DNA of 63,957 nt, filler included, from Planctomycetota bacterium (lineage in GTDB: Bacteria > Planctomycetota > Planctomycetia > JALXBF01), in the NCBI GenBank assembly GCA_026991575.1. It is 7 parts of 7 records of this genome, joined end to end, with 100 filler letters (N's around TTAATTAATTAA, not from the genome) between each part and the next. Parts side by side here need not be neighbours in the genome. Positions count along the whole stretch, not along the records: positions 1 to 22,681 come from JALXBF010000052.1; 6 more parts are not named here. One strand, given 5' to 3'. Shown in pieces: positions 10,944 through 21,716 of this stretch (the first letter of the stretch is position 1; every line of letters starts with the position of its first letter). The translations under genes were made by a program, and so were the position numbers. The notes below the pieces were generated by a model, which worked only from the letters and a program-made list of their open reading frames with translations, did not search any database and was not told the origin of the DNA.

Positions 10944-13604
10944 CTAGTCGATGTCTTCCTTGGCGATCTTGGCCACGGACGCGACGTGGTCGCCTTCGTT
11001 GAGCCGGATGATCCGTACGCCCTGCGTGCTGCGTCCCATCACCGGGATGTCACAGACGCGGAGCCGCACGGCCATGCCGTGTTCGGTGGTGACCACGACC
11101 TGATCCTCGTCGCGCACGCTGATAGCCGTCACCACCGGGCCGTTGCGCTTGGTAGTCTTGATGTTGATGATGCCCTTACCACCGCGGCGTTGCCGGCGAT
11201 AGCGGGCCCCGGACCGCAGTGCGGCGCCGTTGCCCTCGGCACCGTCGCCCGCCGCAGCCTCGTCGTCTCCCTCCTCAGCACGGTCTGGCTCGTGCTGTTG
11301 CTCGTCGGGTTCGTGTTCGTCACCGGCCAGTTCGGCCGGTCCGAACGGCGTCCGCTTGCCGTAACCGTTGGCGCAGATGGTCAGTAATGTTCCATCCGGG
11401 TCGACAACCGTCATGGCCACGACTTCATCGCCACTTCGCAGCGCGATTCCCTTCACCCCCTGTGCCACGCGTCCCATTGCCCGGACGTCATCCTCCGCAA
11501 ATCGGATGGCATAGCCGGCACGAGTTGCCAGCAGGATGTCGTCGCCCTCTCGTACGATCGCTGCTCCGATCAGTTCGTCCCCCTCGGTCAACTTCAGCGC
11601 GATGATGCCACCACGCATCGGCCTGGAGTAGTGGCTCAAGGCCGTCTTCTTCACGATGCCGTGGCGTGTAGCCATCATGAGAAATTCGTCCGCGCGGAAC
11701 TCCCGCACGGGGATCAAGCTCGTGATCCGCTCGCCCGGTTGGAGCCGGACCAGGTTCACGATGGCCCGCCCCTTGCTGGCCCGACTCTGCACGGGAATCT
11801 CATACACGCGAAGCCAATGCACCCGGCCCTGGTCGGTGAATAGCAGCAAGTATGCGTGCGTGCTGGCGACGAAGACGTGCTCGAGGAAATCCCCCTCGCG
11901 GGTACCGGCCGCCGTGATCCCTTTGCCTCCCCGCCCCTGAGCACGCCACGCCGTCAGTGGCATCCGCTTGATGTACCCTTCGTGACTGATGGTTACGACA
12001 TTGGGTTCGTCGGGGACGAGGTCCAGCACCGAGTAGCCGGTAGGCTCCTGCTCCGAAATCTCCGTGCGCCGCTCGTCGGCGTACTTCTGCTTCAGCTCGA
12101 TCATGTCCTCACGGATGACCGCCAGGATCTTGCGCTCGTCAGCAAGCAGCTCCCGGTAGCTGCTGATCTTGGCACGCAGATCCCGGTACTCGGAAACCAG
12201 CTTGTCCTGTTCCAGCCGGGTAAGTCGTTGCAGCTGCATCTGCAGGACCGCATCAGCCTGGGCTGTGCTCATGTGGTAGATCTCGGCCGCGCCGTGCTCA
12301 GCTTGGTAGTGAGCAAAGTCTTCAGCCCCCAGCGCACGCCGCAGAATCTCAGCCGGAACATCCAATCCGGTCAGCCGCTGACGTGCTTCGGCAACGTTCT
12401 CCGACGTGCGGATCAATCGGATGATCTCATCAATGTAGCTCAACGCCATCAGGAACCCCTCCACCACGTGCTGCCGCTGAAGCGCCTGCCGCAACAGGTA
12501 GCGCGTGCGACGCCGGATGACGTTGACCCGATGGCGGATGAACTCGTGGATCAGGTCTAGCAGCGACAGGGTTCGAGGCCGACCGTCCACCAACGCGAGC
12601 AGAATGATGGAGAAGGAATCCTGAAGCGGAGAGTACTGGTAGAGCTGGTTGAGCACGACGTCCTTGTCCGCATCCTTCTTCAACTCAATGACGATCCGCA
12701 CCGGGTTCTGGCGGTCACTTTCATCGACTACGTTCTGAATGCCCTTGATCCGATCGTTCGCCGCCAGCTCGGCAATCCGCTGGATGACCCGGTCGCGCGC
12801 CTGCTGGTAGGGGATTTCGGTAACGACCAGTTTCACCCTCCCCCCTTTGCCCTCTTCCTCGTGCACCCGGGCACGCACGACGATGGTCGATCGACCGGTC
12901 CGGTACCCCTCCCGAATCGCATTTCGGCCGCAGATGATGCCGCCGGTCGGAAAGTCGGGTCCCTGCACGATGTCCAGGATCTCGTCCAAGGTCACATCGG
13001 GGTCGTCAATGACCCGTACGACGGCGTCGCAGATTTCGCCCAGGTTGTGCGGGGGAATTGACGTGGCCATGCCAACCGCAATGCCCCCGGAGCCGTTGAC
13101 CAGGAGGTTGGGAAAGCGCGACGGGAGCACGACCGGCTCACGGTTCCGCTCGTCATAGGTGGGCACAAAGTCGACCGTGTCCTTGTCGATGTCGGCAAGC
13201 ATCTCCATGGCAATCGGCGACAGCCGGGCCTCCGTGTACCGCATCGCTGCCGGTGGCATGCCTGCGATGTTGCCGAAGTTACCCTGGCCGTCAACGAGCG
13301 GGTAGCGCATGTTCCAGCTCTGGGCCATGCGCACCAACGTCGGATAGATCGCCTCGTCACCGTGTGGGTGATACTTCTTCATGGTCTCACCCACGATCGC
13401 GGCACACTTGGTGGTCGAGGCGGTCGGGGACAGGCCCAGATCGTTCATCGCCACCAGGATCCGCCGTTGCGACGGCTTCAGGCCGTCGCGCACATCCGGC
13501 AGCGCCCGGCTGACGATAACGCTCATCGCGTACGTGAGGTAGCTTTCCTTAAGCTCCTCTTCGATGTCGGTCGGCAGAATCCGCTCACCTGTCGGACTAG
13601 ACAC
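10944..13604 (-). CDS. gyrA: DNA gyrase subunit A
   Basis: [24 protein letters not shown] (catalytic Tyr), beta-pinwheel CTD with QGRGGKG/QRRGGKG GyrA-box motifs. Confidence 0.96.
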   Translation of the reverse strand: MSSPTGERILPTDIEEELKESYLTYAMSVIVSRALPDVRDGLKPSQRRILVAMNDLGLSPTASTTKCAAIVGETMKKYHPHGDEAIYPTLVRMAQSWNMRYPLVDGQGNFGNIAGMPPAAMRYTEARLSPIAMEMLADIDKDTVDFVPTYDERNREPVVLPSRFPNLLVNGSGGIAVGMATSIPPHNLGEICDAVVRVIDDPDVTLDEILDIVQGPDFPTGGIICGRNAIREGYRTGRSTIVVRARVHEEEGKGGRVKLVVTEIPYQQARDRVIQRIAELAANDRIKGIQNVVDESDRQNPVRIVIELKKDADKDVVLNQLYQYSPLQDSFSIILLALVDGRPRTLSLLDLIHEFIRHRVNVIRRRTRYLLRQALQRQHVVEGFLMALSYIDEIIRLIRTSENVAEARQRLTGLDVPAEILRRALGAEDFAHYQAEHGAAEIYHMSTAQADAVLQMQLQRLTRLEQDKLVSEYRDLRAKISSYRELLADERKILAVIREDMIELKQKYADERRTEISEQEPTGYSVLDLVPDEPNVVTISHEGYIKRMPLTAWRAQGRGGKGITAAGTREGDFLEHVFVASTHAYLLLFTDQGRVHWLRVYEIPVQSRASKGRAIVNLVRLQPGERITSLIPVREFRADEFLMMATRHGIVKKTALSHYSRPMRGGIIALKLTEGDELIGAAIVREGDDILLATRAGYAIRFAEDDVRAMGRVAQGVKGIALRSGDEVVAMTVVDPDGTLLTICANGYGKRTPFGPAELAGDEHEPDEQQHEPDRAEEGDDEAAAGDGAEGNGAALRSGARYRRQRRGGKGIINIKTTKRNGPVVTAISVRDEDQVVVTTEHGMAVRLRVCDIPVMGRSTQGVRIIRLNEGDHVASVAKIAKEDID

Positions 13605-13762
13605 GGTCGGACTTCCTCACCAGCTCTGCGGCCAGGTAACGCAACGAACGAACCGTCGTACGCTAATCTTAGCAGCGTGCGCGGCCAGGCCACGGCCAGC
13701 ACCGGTCCGCCAGAACGGGCTAAACTGACATGCAGTGCACGACAGCACCCGAGGAGGCAGCC

Positions 13763-15118
13763 ATGCAACAGGATCGCCCGACTCGTCGCCGCTTCCTGCA
13801 ACAGTCGCTTGCGGCAGCCAGCGCTGCAACCACGCTCACCGCCAAGTCGTACGCGCGGGTCGTTGGCGCCAACGACCGGCTGCACATCGCCGCTGTCGGA
13901 CTCGGTGTCATGGGCACCGGGCACCTGCGCCACCTGGTGCGTTTCCGGGATGAGCGGAAGGCAAACGTCGACGTCACCTGGCTCTGTGACGTGTACCGCC
14001 CCCGGCTCGCGCGGGCCAAATCCGTGGTACAGAATGGCGCCCAGGTGACTATGGACTACCGCCAGGCACTGGACGACAAACACGTAGACATCGTGCTGGT
14101 GGCAACCCCGGATCACTGGCACGCAAAACTGGCCATCGACGCCTGCGAAGCAGGCAAACACGTGTACCTGGAAAAGCCGATGGTGCACACGATCGAGCAG
14201 GCAAAGGAACTGCTGCGGGTCCAGCAGCGCACCGGCCGGATCGTCCAGGTCGGGCCGCAGAGCTGCTCGGCAGACCTGTTCGATAAGATCCGCCAATTTA
14301 TCAAGGAAAACGGCATCGGTAAGGTTGTGCTGGCCAACGCCGCCTACTGCCGCAACAACCGGGCGGGCCAGTGGCGCGACTACGGCGAATTCCACCCCAA
14401 TGCCCGACCCGGTCCTGATCTAGACTGGGATACCTGGTTAGGTCACAAGGTCAAGCTCTGCGGCAAGCCGCTCGCACCGTACCGGGACTGGTACCGTGAA
14501 AACGGCCCCGGACGCTTCTTCCAGTTCCGCTGCTATTGGGACTACTCCGGCGGGGTGGCCACCGACCTGTTCTTCCACCTGCTGGCTCACCTGGCGAAAG
14601 CCATGGACCTGGGCTTTCCCGAACGGGTCGTCGCGGCCGGGGGGATCTGGGTCTTTAACCGCAACCACATCACGCCCCAGGGGTTTCCGGACGACCGCGA
14701 AGTTCCTGACCTGTTCAACATGTTCATCGACTATCCCGGCGGCCCAACCATTACGCTACTGGGCTCGATGGTCAACGACACCAGGATCGAAGAAACGATT
14801 GGCGGCTATGAGGCAACCATCTTCGTGCGTAGCACGACTGAGGCGGTTGTGGTGCCGCAACGCCGCGTGGTCGATGTGAAGACGGATCCACGCTGGAAGG
14901 GGAAGGCCGAGTTGGTGCTGAGAGGCGAACGGACCGGTAACCAGATGGATCACTGGGAGAGCCTGTTCCGTGCGGTCCGCGATGGCACACCGGTGACCGC
15001 CCCCGTTGATCTCTGCTACCGGGTACAGGTGGCCATTACGATGGGAGTTCTCGCCTACCGGAACCGGTGCGTGATGGTATGGGACCCCGACCGGCAGGAG
15101 GCCCGCCCGGCCGCCTGA
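13763..15118 (+). CDS. Tat-exported Gfo/Idh/MocA family oxidoreductase
   Basis: TRRRFL Tat motif, VVGANDRL, ATPDHWH and YLEKP motifs; GAGGAGG RBS before ATG 13763. Confidence 0.9.
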   Translation: MQQDRPTRRRFLQQSLAAASAATTLTAKSYARVVGANDRLHIAAVGLGVMGTGHLRHLVRFRDERKANVDVTWLCDVYRPRLARAKSVVQNGAQVTMDYRQALDDKHVDIVLVATPDHWHAKLAIDACEAGKHVYLEKPMVHTIEQAKELLRVQQRTGRIVQVGPQSCSADLFDKIRQFIKENGIGKVVLANAAYCRNNRAGQWRDYGEFHPNARPGPDLDWDTWLGHKVKLCGKPLAPYRDWYRENGPGRFFQFRCYWDYSGGVATDLFFHLLAHLAKAMDLGFPERVVAAGGIWVFNRNHITPQGFPDDREVPDLFNMFIDYPGGPTITLLGSMVNDTRIEETIGGYEATIFVRSTTEAVVVPQRRVVDVKTDPRWKGKAELVLRGERTGNQMDHWESLFRAVRDGTPVTAPVDLCYRVQVAITMGVLAYRNRCVMVWDPDRQEARPAA

Positions 15119-15235
15119 CCGTCGGCCGGGTGGGGCCATCGTCTGAGCGTGTGCCCTTCCGTGGTGATCGTCGACAGCGCCTGTGGACAGCCCCTGGGCA
15201 GCAGTCAGACCGGTGGATCGGTTTGAAGGGAGACC

Positions 15236-16471
15236 ATGATCAAGCCGAGTGATGTGCTCGTGATGATTCTTGCCGGAGGTAAAGGATCCCGACTCGATCC
15301 GCTCACGCGCGAGCGTGCCAAGCCATCCGTGTCGTTCGGCGGTATCTACCGGATCATCGACTTTACCCTGTCCAACTGCATCAACAGTGGCCTGCGCCGG
15401 ATCTTCGTCCTGACCCAGTACAAAGCCGCCAGTCTCGTCCGGCACCTGAAGCTTGGCTGGAGCTTCTTGTTTTGGGAGTTCGGTGAGTTCATCGACGTGC
15501 TTCCGCCCCAACAGCGGATCGACGAACAGTGGTACAAGGGTACTGCCGATGCCGTCTACCAGAACATCTACTCCATCGAGCCGCTCGATCCCAAGTACGT
15601 GCTCATCCTCGCAGGCGACCACATCTACAAGATGAACTACTGGCCCATGATCCAGTACACCCACGAACTTGACGCCGACGCGGTCGTCGCTTGCTTACCG
15701 GTGCGAATTGAGGAGGCACGGCGTACGTTCGGTGTCCTGGAACTGGACCGCAACCAGCGGATCATCGGCTTCCAGGAAAAGCCCGAGGAACCGAAACCGC
15801 TACCGGAGGATCCGGAACGCTGCATGGCATCCATGGGAATCTACTGCTTCCCGGCCAGCTCCCTCTACGAGGAACTGTTCCGCGACGCCGGCCGACCGGA
15901 CAGCGAACATGACTTTGGCAAGAACGTCATCCCTGCCATGATCGAGGCGGGCCGACGGGTTTACGCCTACCCCTTTGTCGACGAGAACCGCAAGTCCGCA
16001 CTGTACTGGCGCGATGTCGGTACCGTCGACGCTTACTACGAAGCAAACATGGATCTCGTTTCCGTCGATCCGCTGCTGAACCTCTACGACCAGGATTGGC
16101 CGATCCGGACTTATCAGCCGCAGTACCCGCCGGCTAAGTTCGTGTTTGCCGAAGAGGGGCCGCACGCGCGCCGGGGCGAAGCTCACGACAGCATCGTCTC
16201 GCAAGGCTGCATCATCAGCGGTGGGCGTGTGCGACGATCGATCCTGTCCCCATCGGTTCGGATCAACAGCTACGCACAGGTGGAAGATTCGATCCTCTTT
16301 GAGGGCGTCAACGTTGGCAGGCACTGCATCATCCGACGGGCCATTATCGACAAGGGGGTGCAAATCCCGGAGAACACCAGGATCGGGCTGGATCCGGACG
16401 AGGACCGCCGACGCGGCTTCCATGTCAGCCCAGGCGGTGTCGTCGTGCTAGCAAAACACTTCGTCGTCTGA
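15236..16471 (+). CDS. glgC: Glucose-1-phosphate adenylyltransferase
   Basis: ILAGGKGSRL, RAKPSVSFGG, WYKGTADA, LAGDHIYKM, FQEKP, ASMGIY, HDFGK and YWRDVGT motifs. Confidence 0.96.
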   Translation: MIKPSDVLVMILAGGKGSRLDPLTRERAKPSVSFGGIYRIIDFTLSNCINSGLRRIFVLTQYKAASLVRHLKLGWSFLFWEFGEFIDVLPPQQRIDEQWYKGTADAVYQNIYSIEPLDPKYVLILAGDHIYKMNYWPMIQYTHELDADAVVACLPVRIEEARRTFGVLELDRNQRIIGFQEKPEEPKPLPEDPERCMASMGIYCFPASSLYEELFRDAGRPDSEHDFGKNVIPAMIEAGRRVYAYPFVDENRKSALYWRDVGTVDAYYEANMDLVSVDPLLNLYDQDWPIRTYQPQYPPAKFVFAEEGPHARRGEAHDSIVSQGCIISGGRVRRSILSPSVRINSYAQVEDSILFEGVNVGRHCIIRRAIIDKGVQIPENTRIGLDPDEDRRRGFHVSPGGVVVLAKHFVV

Positions 16472-16533
16472 CCGGCACCGGCTACGGTAGCACTGACACC
16501 ACCAGCCCGTCCTATACCGGCTGGCTTACGTGC

Positions 16534-18378
16534 CTACCGGACTGCTGTGGTTGACTCCTCGTCGCGCGCCACGACAGGACAGGAGACGGACCGTGCTTCG
16601 GCGCGGATCTCGATACTTTCCCCGTCGGTCACCACCCCTTCGATCACATATCGTGCGGACTCACCGGGCCGTAGCACGCTGACTAGATCTTCGAGGAAGC
16701 GACCTGTCGAGTCGAGCGCCAACGATCCGCCGTGTACGCGTTCGACCTGCAAGGCACCGCGCCAGCGGCACGCCACCGACACGTCTCGGGCGTCCGCTGT
16801 GCCCGTGTTGGTCACGATCACCACGTACCGCGTGGTCTCGCCAACCATCACCGGATCGTGCGCTTCCTTGATCTCGACGTTCAACGCAGCAACGCCACGT
16901 GCCCTCACGCGGTAATCGATCTTGGTAACGGCGCCGTTCGCGGCCACGACGCAGCACCGCACCAGTCGGGTACCGGGCACCTCAGGTACCAGCTCCAGCG
17001 ACGCCTGCCACGAGCCACCGACAGGCAGCTGACCGATGGGCACCGTCACGGTGCGAAGCGTGCGGTTTGCACGGGCTCCTTCGGGCAGTTTCGCAATCCT
17101 GATGCCAGGAGCGAGGTACAGGAGCAGTTCGGCGTCCTCCGCCGCGACGTCGCCCCGGTTCACGACCCGGACGGTCAGCGCCGCGGACCGGCCTGGAAGC
17201 CAGCGGGCAGGACCGGACAGCTTGGCAACCAACACGGGAGCCCTCACCTTCGCCTCGTAGACCGCCTCCGCCATCTGGCCCCCTTGTGCGACTGCCTGCA
17301 ACTTCAGCCGAATCCGCCCCCCTTTCATGACGAGCACTGGCACGCGCACGGTGCGCTCCGTCCCCGGCGGCACATCGCCCACCGCCAGCTCAAAGCGAGA
17401 CGCCCCCTCGTGGCTTGCCGCCTGTGGTCCCTCGGGCACGTGCCGCACGACGACCCCGCGTGCCACGGCGTTGCCCTCGTTACGCACCTTCAGCACCAGC
17501 TCAATCCGATCACCGTGAGCGACCAGGCGCGGGCCGTCCAGCGAAGCGGCCAACCGCACGCTGCGCACCTCCGTGACCGTCTCGGCCACCGTCGTGCTGC
17601 TCAACCGTGCCGTGCACCGCAGGGGCCCGGCAGCCAGCGGGCGCACGATTAGCCGCAGCTCCTGCTGCGCCCCCGGCTTCAGCCGCGGAACCTGCCATAG
17701 CACTCCGCTGTCAACCGCTTTGCAGTCAGGTCCCGGATTGAGAATCTCTACCGGACCACTGAACCGCGCTTCAACCACCGCCTCCTCCAAAGGATCCTGG
17801 CCCGCATTGCGCACGACGACTCGCTGCACGAAGACATCGCCGGCGCTGGCAATCTGTGGGCCCAGGCAAGCTATCTCGACGTTGGTTGCGGTGATCTCGA
17901 CGGACTGGGCTACGGGCAGGTCGTCCTCCGGCAGCACGTATTCAGCCTGCCTGATGCCAGCATCCCTGCTCTGCTTCGCGGGCGAAACTGCTTCAGGATC
18001 TCCCGCCTCTGGAACCAAGGACCGGCCGCGTCTGGTTCGCATCGCGGTGGCCCGGCTCCGGTCCCTGGGTTGCGTGAGGGGCTGTGTGTCAGCCTGCCGA
18101 ACGGAGCCGCGTCGGCGCGGTTCGGCCGCTGGCACCTGCAGCGATCGGGAACGTTTGCGGCGGACCTTCCGCCACCAGCTACGGAAGCGGTGCCAGAGGC
18201 CGTGGTTGGCTGCTGCTCGGATCACAGGTCGCTCGGCGGCTTCTGTGCGGCTGGTGCGCGGCGCGTCGGCGCACTGGACGGGCGCAGCCAGAAACATGAT
18301 GATCGCCACGGCCAGCAGCGGGACGGTTCGGTAGACCGCTCGTTGCGACCGGCGGCAGCTCCAGCGGGTACCGATCAT
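16534..18378 (-). CDS. Secreted DUF11/CARDB-repeat protein (OmcB-like Ig-domain array of PVC bacteria)
   Basis: Repeated V-x-N-x-G ... V-x-V ... L-x-PG modules, DPVMVGETTRYVIVVTNTG, C-terminal EESTT; start uncertain (GGAGG before ATG 18378). Confidence 0.7.
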   Translation of the reverse strand: MIGTRWSCRRSQRAVYRTVPLLAVAIIMFLAAPVQCADAPRTSRTEAAERPVIRAAANHGLWHRFRSWWRKVRRKRSRSLQVPAAEPRRRGSVRQADTQPLTQPRDRSRATAMRTRRGRSLVPEAGDPEAVSPAKQSRDAGIRQAEYVLPEDDLPVAQSVEITATNVEIACLGPQIASAGDVFVQRVVVRNAGQDPLEEAVVEARFSGPVEILNPGPDCKAVDSGVLWQVPRLKPGAQQELRLIVRPLAAGPLRCTARLSSTTVAETVTEVRSVRLAASLDGPRLVAHGDRIELVLKVRNEGNAVARGVVVRHVPEGPQAASHEGASRFELAVGDVPPGTERTVRVPVLVMKGGRIRLKLQAVAQGGQMAEAVYEAKVRAPVLVAKLSGPARWLPGRSAALTVRVVNRGDVAAEDAELLLYLAPGIRIAKLPEGARANRTLRTVTVPIGQLPVGGSWQASLELVPEVPGTRLVRCCVVAANGAVTKIDYRVRARGVAALNVEIKEAHDPVMVGETTRYVVIVTNTGTADARDVSVACRWRGALQVERVHGGSLALDSTGRFLEDLVSVLRPGESARYVIEGVVTDGESIEIRAEARSVSCPVVARDEESTTAVR

Positions 18379-18663
18379 GGTCGTCCAGCCTCCGCCCTGG
18401 GGACATGAGGACATGTGGCGACGCCAGACTGGCAACGGGCTCCGCGATGTGAAAAAAGGCGCAAGGCCACCCCGCAGGCGAGCCTTACGCCTGAGCTCTG
18501 CATCCGTGCAGCAGCATTGCCAGCATCCTTCTGGCGAGGCGTCGCGTCGTGCCTCAGTCTGAAGCACGTTCGTCGTTTTCTTCTGTCCCTTAGTTGCTAT
18601 CGACCGGTGGGCCGGGGAGCTTTAGCGGAATCGGAAAAACCGGCACCATCCGACCTGCTCGAG

Positions 18664-19770
18664 CTACACCGGAACATCGAACCGGTAAACCGGCACCGGT
18701 CGCCCGGGGCGGAGCCAGCGACAGGTGAGCGGCTCGACGGCATAGCCGTCTCGGCCAAGCATCTCGCACACTCTCTGCCACTGTTCGGCCAGTGTCTCCG
18801 GTGCAACGAATGCTCGGATGTTTACCACGACCTCGGCCGACGCTGCCCGTGCCAGACTACTGCGTGACAGCACCGGCCCGTCGCTGAGCGACACGCAGTT
18901 TGCCAGCGCGGTCGCACCGCTGCCGAGCGCGAGTACTTTCAGGTGCGCGATCTCCGCGCCGGCAATCTCCGCAATCGCCTCAGCCATCGCACCGCAGACG
19001 CGCTGGACTAATTCATCCAACCGCACCGTGCCTTCGGGCCGGCTGACGCGGCAAACGGCGTTCATCCAGCCCAGCTCCGCCTCGCCAGCCGCGTACACGT
19101 CGTAATCCACCTCCGGAATCCTCTGACTCGCTGCCGCGGCGTTCTGTTCCATCCACGAGAGCAACTCCGGCACACCTTCGCCCGTGCGCGCGGAAATCTC
19201 GAACAGCGGCGCATGCGCGAACCGTTCCCGCAGGATCACCCGAAGATGCTCGCGGCTCTGTCGATCAAGGCGGTCGATCTTGTTGACCACGATCGCATCG
19301 GCTTCCTCCAGCTGCTTCTTGTAGATGTAGGCTGCCCGCGGTGAGAACCCCCCCTTTGGCATGTTCGTCAGGATCCGCAACGCACGCCGTGGATCGACCA
19401 GGACCGCCAGAGGCAGCACGACGAATTCCTCAGCGTACAGCCGCTTCAACGGCTGCAAGACCGTCGCGGATAGATCCGTGCAGCTGCCAACCGGCTCAGC
19501 CAGGATGACATCCGGCAAGGCGCTGCGGCGTAAACCGCGCAGACGCTCCAGGAGCTCGTCAAACGAACAGCAGAAGCATGCGCCGGCCACTTCCGCCACC
19601 GGTAGACCTTCTGCGGCCACGGCCTGAGTGTCGACCAGGCCAGGAGACTGGTCGTTCAGCACGGCAGCTACCCTGCGGCCACGTTCGAGAAGCTCCCGTG
19701 CTGCGCGGCTCAGTAGCGTCGTCTTACCTGCGCCAAGGAAACCACCGAAGATGTACACCGACACAGCCAT
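18664..19770 (-). CDS. COG0523/CobW-family G3E GTPase (metallochaperone)
   Basis: GGFLGAGKTT Walker A, GACFCC metal motif, EPVG and NKID motifs. Confidence 0.88.
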   Translation of the reverse strand: MAVSVYIFGGFLGAGKTTLLSRAARELLERGRRVAAVLNDQSPGLVDTQAVAAEGLPVAEVAGACFCCSFDELLERLRGLRRSALPDVILAEPVGSCTDLSATVLQPLKRLYAEEFVVLPLAVLVDPRRALRILTNMPKGGFSPRAAYIYKKQLEEADAIVVNKIDRLDRQSREHLRVILRERFAHAPLFEISARTGEGVPELLSWMEQNAAAASQRIPEVDYDVYAAGEAELGWMNAVCRVSRPEGTVRLDELVQRVCGAMAEAIAEIAGAEIAHLKVLALGSGATALANCVSLSDGPVLSRSSLARAASAEVVVNIRAFVAPETLAEQWQRVCEMLGRDGYAVEPLTCRWLRPGRPVPVYRFDVPV

Positions 19771-19808
19771 CGCGCCCGCTCCAGAGTTCGGTCCGTTGGG
19801 AGTCAGTC

Positions 19809-20231
19809 TCACCGTTGTGCGCCTTGCTCTGCGTTGCCGAGCCGCTCCAGCAAGCGGTCAATGAACGGTCGCTGGTCTGGATGCAGCAGTTCGCGGGCTC
19901 GGTCGACCGGCACGAATTCGGCCCGATCCACCTCCCATGAGGCCGTGGTTGGCTCGGCATTCTCTGGTGCCGGCCCGGCGAAACAGTGCACCCGTTTACG
20001 GCTGCGGCGGTAGTCGATCGATCCCAGGTACTCGAGCGGTCCCGGCCGAACGCCGGTCTCCTCCTCCGTCTCGCGCCGCGCCGTGCTCTCCAAGTCGGTG
20101 TCCCCCTCGAGCTCCCCTTTGGGAATGCTCCAAGGGGCCCGCCGGTTATACGCCCCGGAGGGATGCACAATGAGCACTTCCAGTCCTTGCGGACCGTAGC
20201 GGTACAGCAACGTTCCCGCGGACTGCTTCAT
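19809..20231 (-). CDS. NUDIX hydrolase
   Basis: WSIPKG-x-ARRETEEETG Nudix box. Confidence 0.9.
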   Translation of the reverse strand: MKQSAGTLLYRYGPQGLEVLIVHPSGAYNRRAPWSIPKGELEGDTDLESTARRETEEETGVRPGPLEYLGSIDYRRSRKRVHCFAGPAPENAEPTTASWEVDRAEFVPVDRARELLHPDQRPFIDRLLERLGNAEQGAQR

Positions 20232-21382
20232 GAGTCCTCGTCGTCATCCAGCGTGGCTGCAGTCACCGGCCGATCCGGACGGAACGGCCAAAGCGGCACT
20301 TCTGGCTCCTCGCCCACGATCAACTGCTTCATCACCAGACCCGTAGCCGGCCCAGTCACAAAGCCGCTACGCAAGTGCCCCGCTGCGATGAAAAGACGCT
20401 CGTAGCCAGGCACCGGACCAATGAACGGCTTGCCATCCGGATTACCCGGCCGTAGACCAGCCCACGTGCGATGAAGCTTCGCGTCCGCAAGCGGCGGGCA
20501 CAAGGCACAGGCAAAGGCCAGCAGATGCCCGACCCCGTGAGCGGTCACGGAACCGTCGTACCCGACCCGCTCCTGGGTCGAGCCAACAAGGTAAAGCCCG
20601 TCGAAGCGGGGCACGATGTAGCGGCGTCCTACCATGAGAATGTGCCGCACTAGCCCCACGGGACCGGCCAGCAAGCAAACTTGGCCACGCACCGGTTCGG
20701 TGTCGAACCGCAAGCCCAACCGTGATAGCAGCGGTCCGCTCCAGGCTCCAGCGGCAACCACGGTCGCCTCCGCGTAGACCGGCCCGGTCACGGTGACCAC
20801 GCCGTCGACTCGTTCGCCGTGCACGAGAAACCCCACGACCGTACCGGAGGGGGTAAAGAAGGTGGCGCCCAGCATGGAACAGGCAACACGGAGCGCGGCC
20901 AGCACAGCGGGCGGCCGAGCCTGCGCTGTGGCCGGCACCAGGTAGGCGGACACATAGTCGTGCTGAACGGCCGGCTCAAGTTCCGCGAGGCGCTGCGGAC
21001 TAAGCTCCTGCCAGTCTATGCCGTGCGCTCGGTAGTGGCCGGCCGCCGACCGAAGAGCGTGAGCTTCCGTTTCGTCGCGTGCGAACTCAATCAGGCCGCA
21101 GCGGCGGTAACCGACGTCGATGCCTGTTAGCTCGCGCAGCTCCTGGGCCCAGATCGCGTGCAGTTTTCCGCCCAGCCCGAGCAACCTTGTAAACGGCGTC
21201 TTCGCCTGCTCGAACGGCTGCGCCCCGATGATGCCCGCCGTCGCCCAGGAAGCTTTCCTGTGGTCGTCCCCTTCGTCGAGCACGACAACCCGCAGGCCGG
21301 CCTTCGCGCAGCAGTATGCGATCGACAGGCCCACGATGCCACCGCCGACCACAGCCACGTCGTAGACAGTGCTCTCAGGCAT
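20228..21382 (-). CDS. thiO: Glycine oxidase ThiO / DAO-family FAD oxidoreductase
   Basis: VVGGGIVG, ASWATAG, AAGAWS, PVRGQ, YIVPR, WAGLRP and AGHLRSG motifs; GGAG RBS favours ATG 21382. Confidence 0.8.
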   Translation of the reverse strand: MPESTVYDVAVVGGGIVGLSIAYCCAKAGLRVVVLDEGDDHRKASWATAGIIGAQPFEQAKTPFTRLLGLGGKLHAIWAQELRELTGIDVGYRRCGLIEFARDETEAHALRSAAGHYRAHGIDWQELSPQRLAELEPAVQHDYVSAYLVPATAQARPPAVLAALRVACSMLGATFFTPSGTVVGFLVHGERVDGVVTVTGPVYAEATVVAAGAWSGPLLSRLGLRFDTEPVRGQVCLLAGPVGLVRHILMVGRRYIVPRFDGLYLVGSTQERVGYDGSVTAHGVGHLLAFACALCPPLADAKLHRTWAGLRPGNPDGKPFIGPVPGYERLFIAAGHLRSGFVTGPATGLVMKQLIVGEEPEVPLWPFRPDRPVTAATLDDDEDS

Positions 21383-21716
21383 GGGCATCTCCCGGCGGTC
21401 TCTCTTGATAGTACGGCGGGGTCCATCCGCCGGCATGCAACCGGTCAGGCTTCCCAGCGCCGACGAACGCCATACGGCTGCCTTGCAGGCGTCGCCCTGG
21501 CCGCCGTGTGATTCGGTCTAAGAGCCTGCCGGCGGACAACGGCAGCGAGTAGCTACCTTCCGGCCGGCGTGGCACTGGTCCAGCCCCTGCGGGGCCACGC
21601 CACCGGTGCAGCGGGCCGTCGGCTTCTGGCGTTGGCCGCGACCCCTTGCAATCGGCGGGCCAAGGCGCTAAGCTAGGCGGTACAACCACTGGGACGCGAC
21701 GCGCGGAGCCGGGAGG

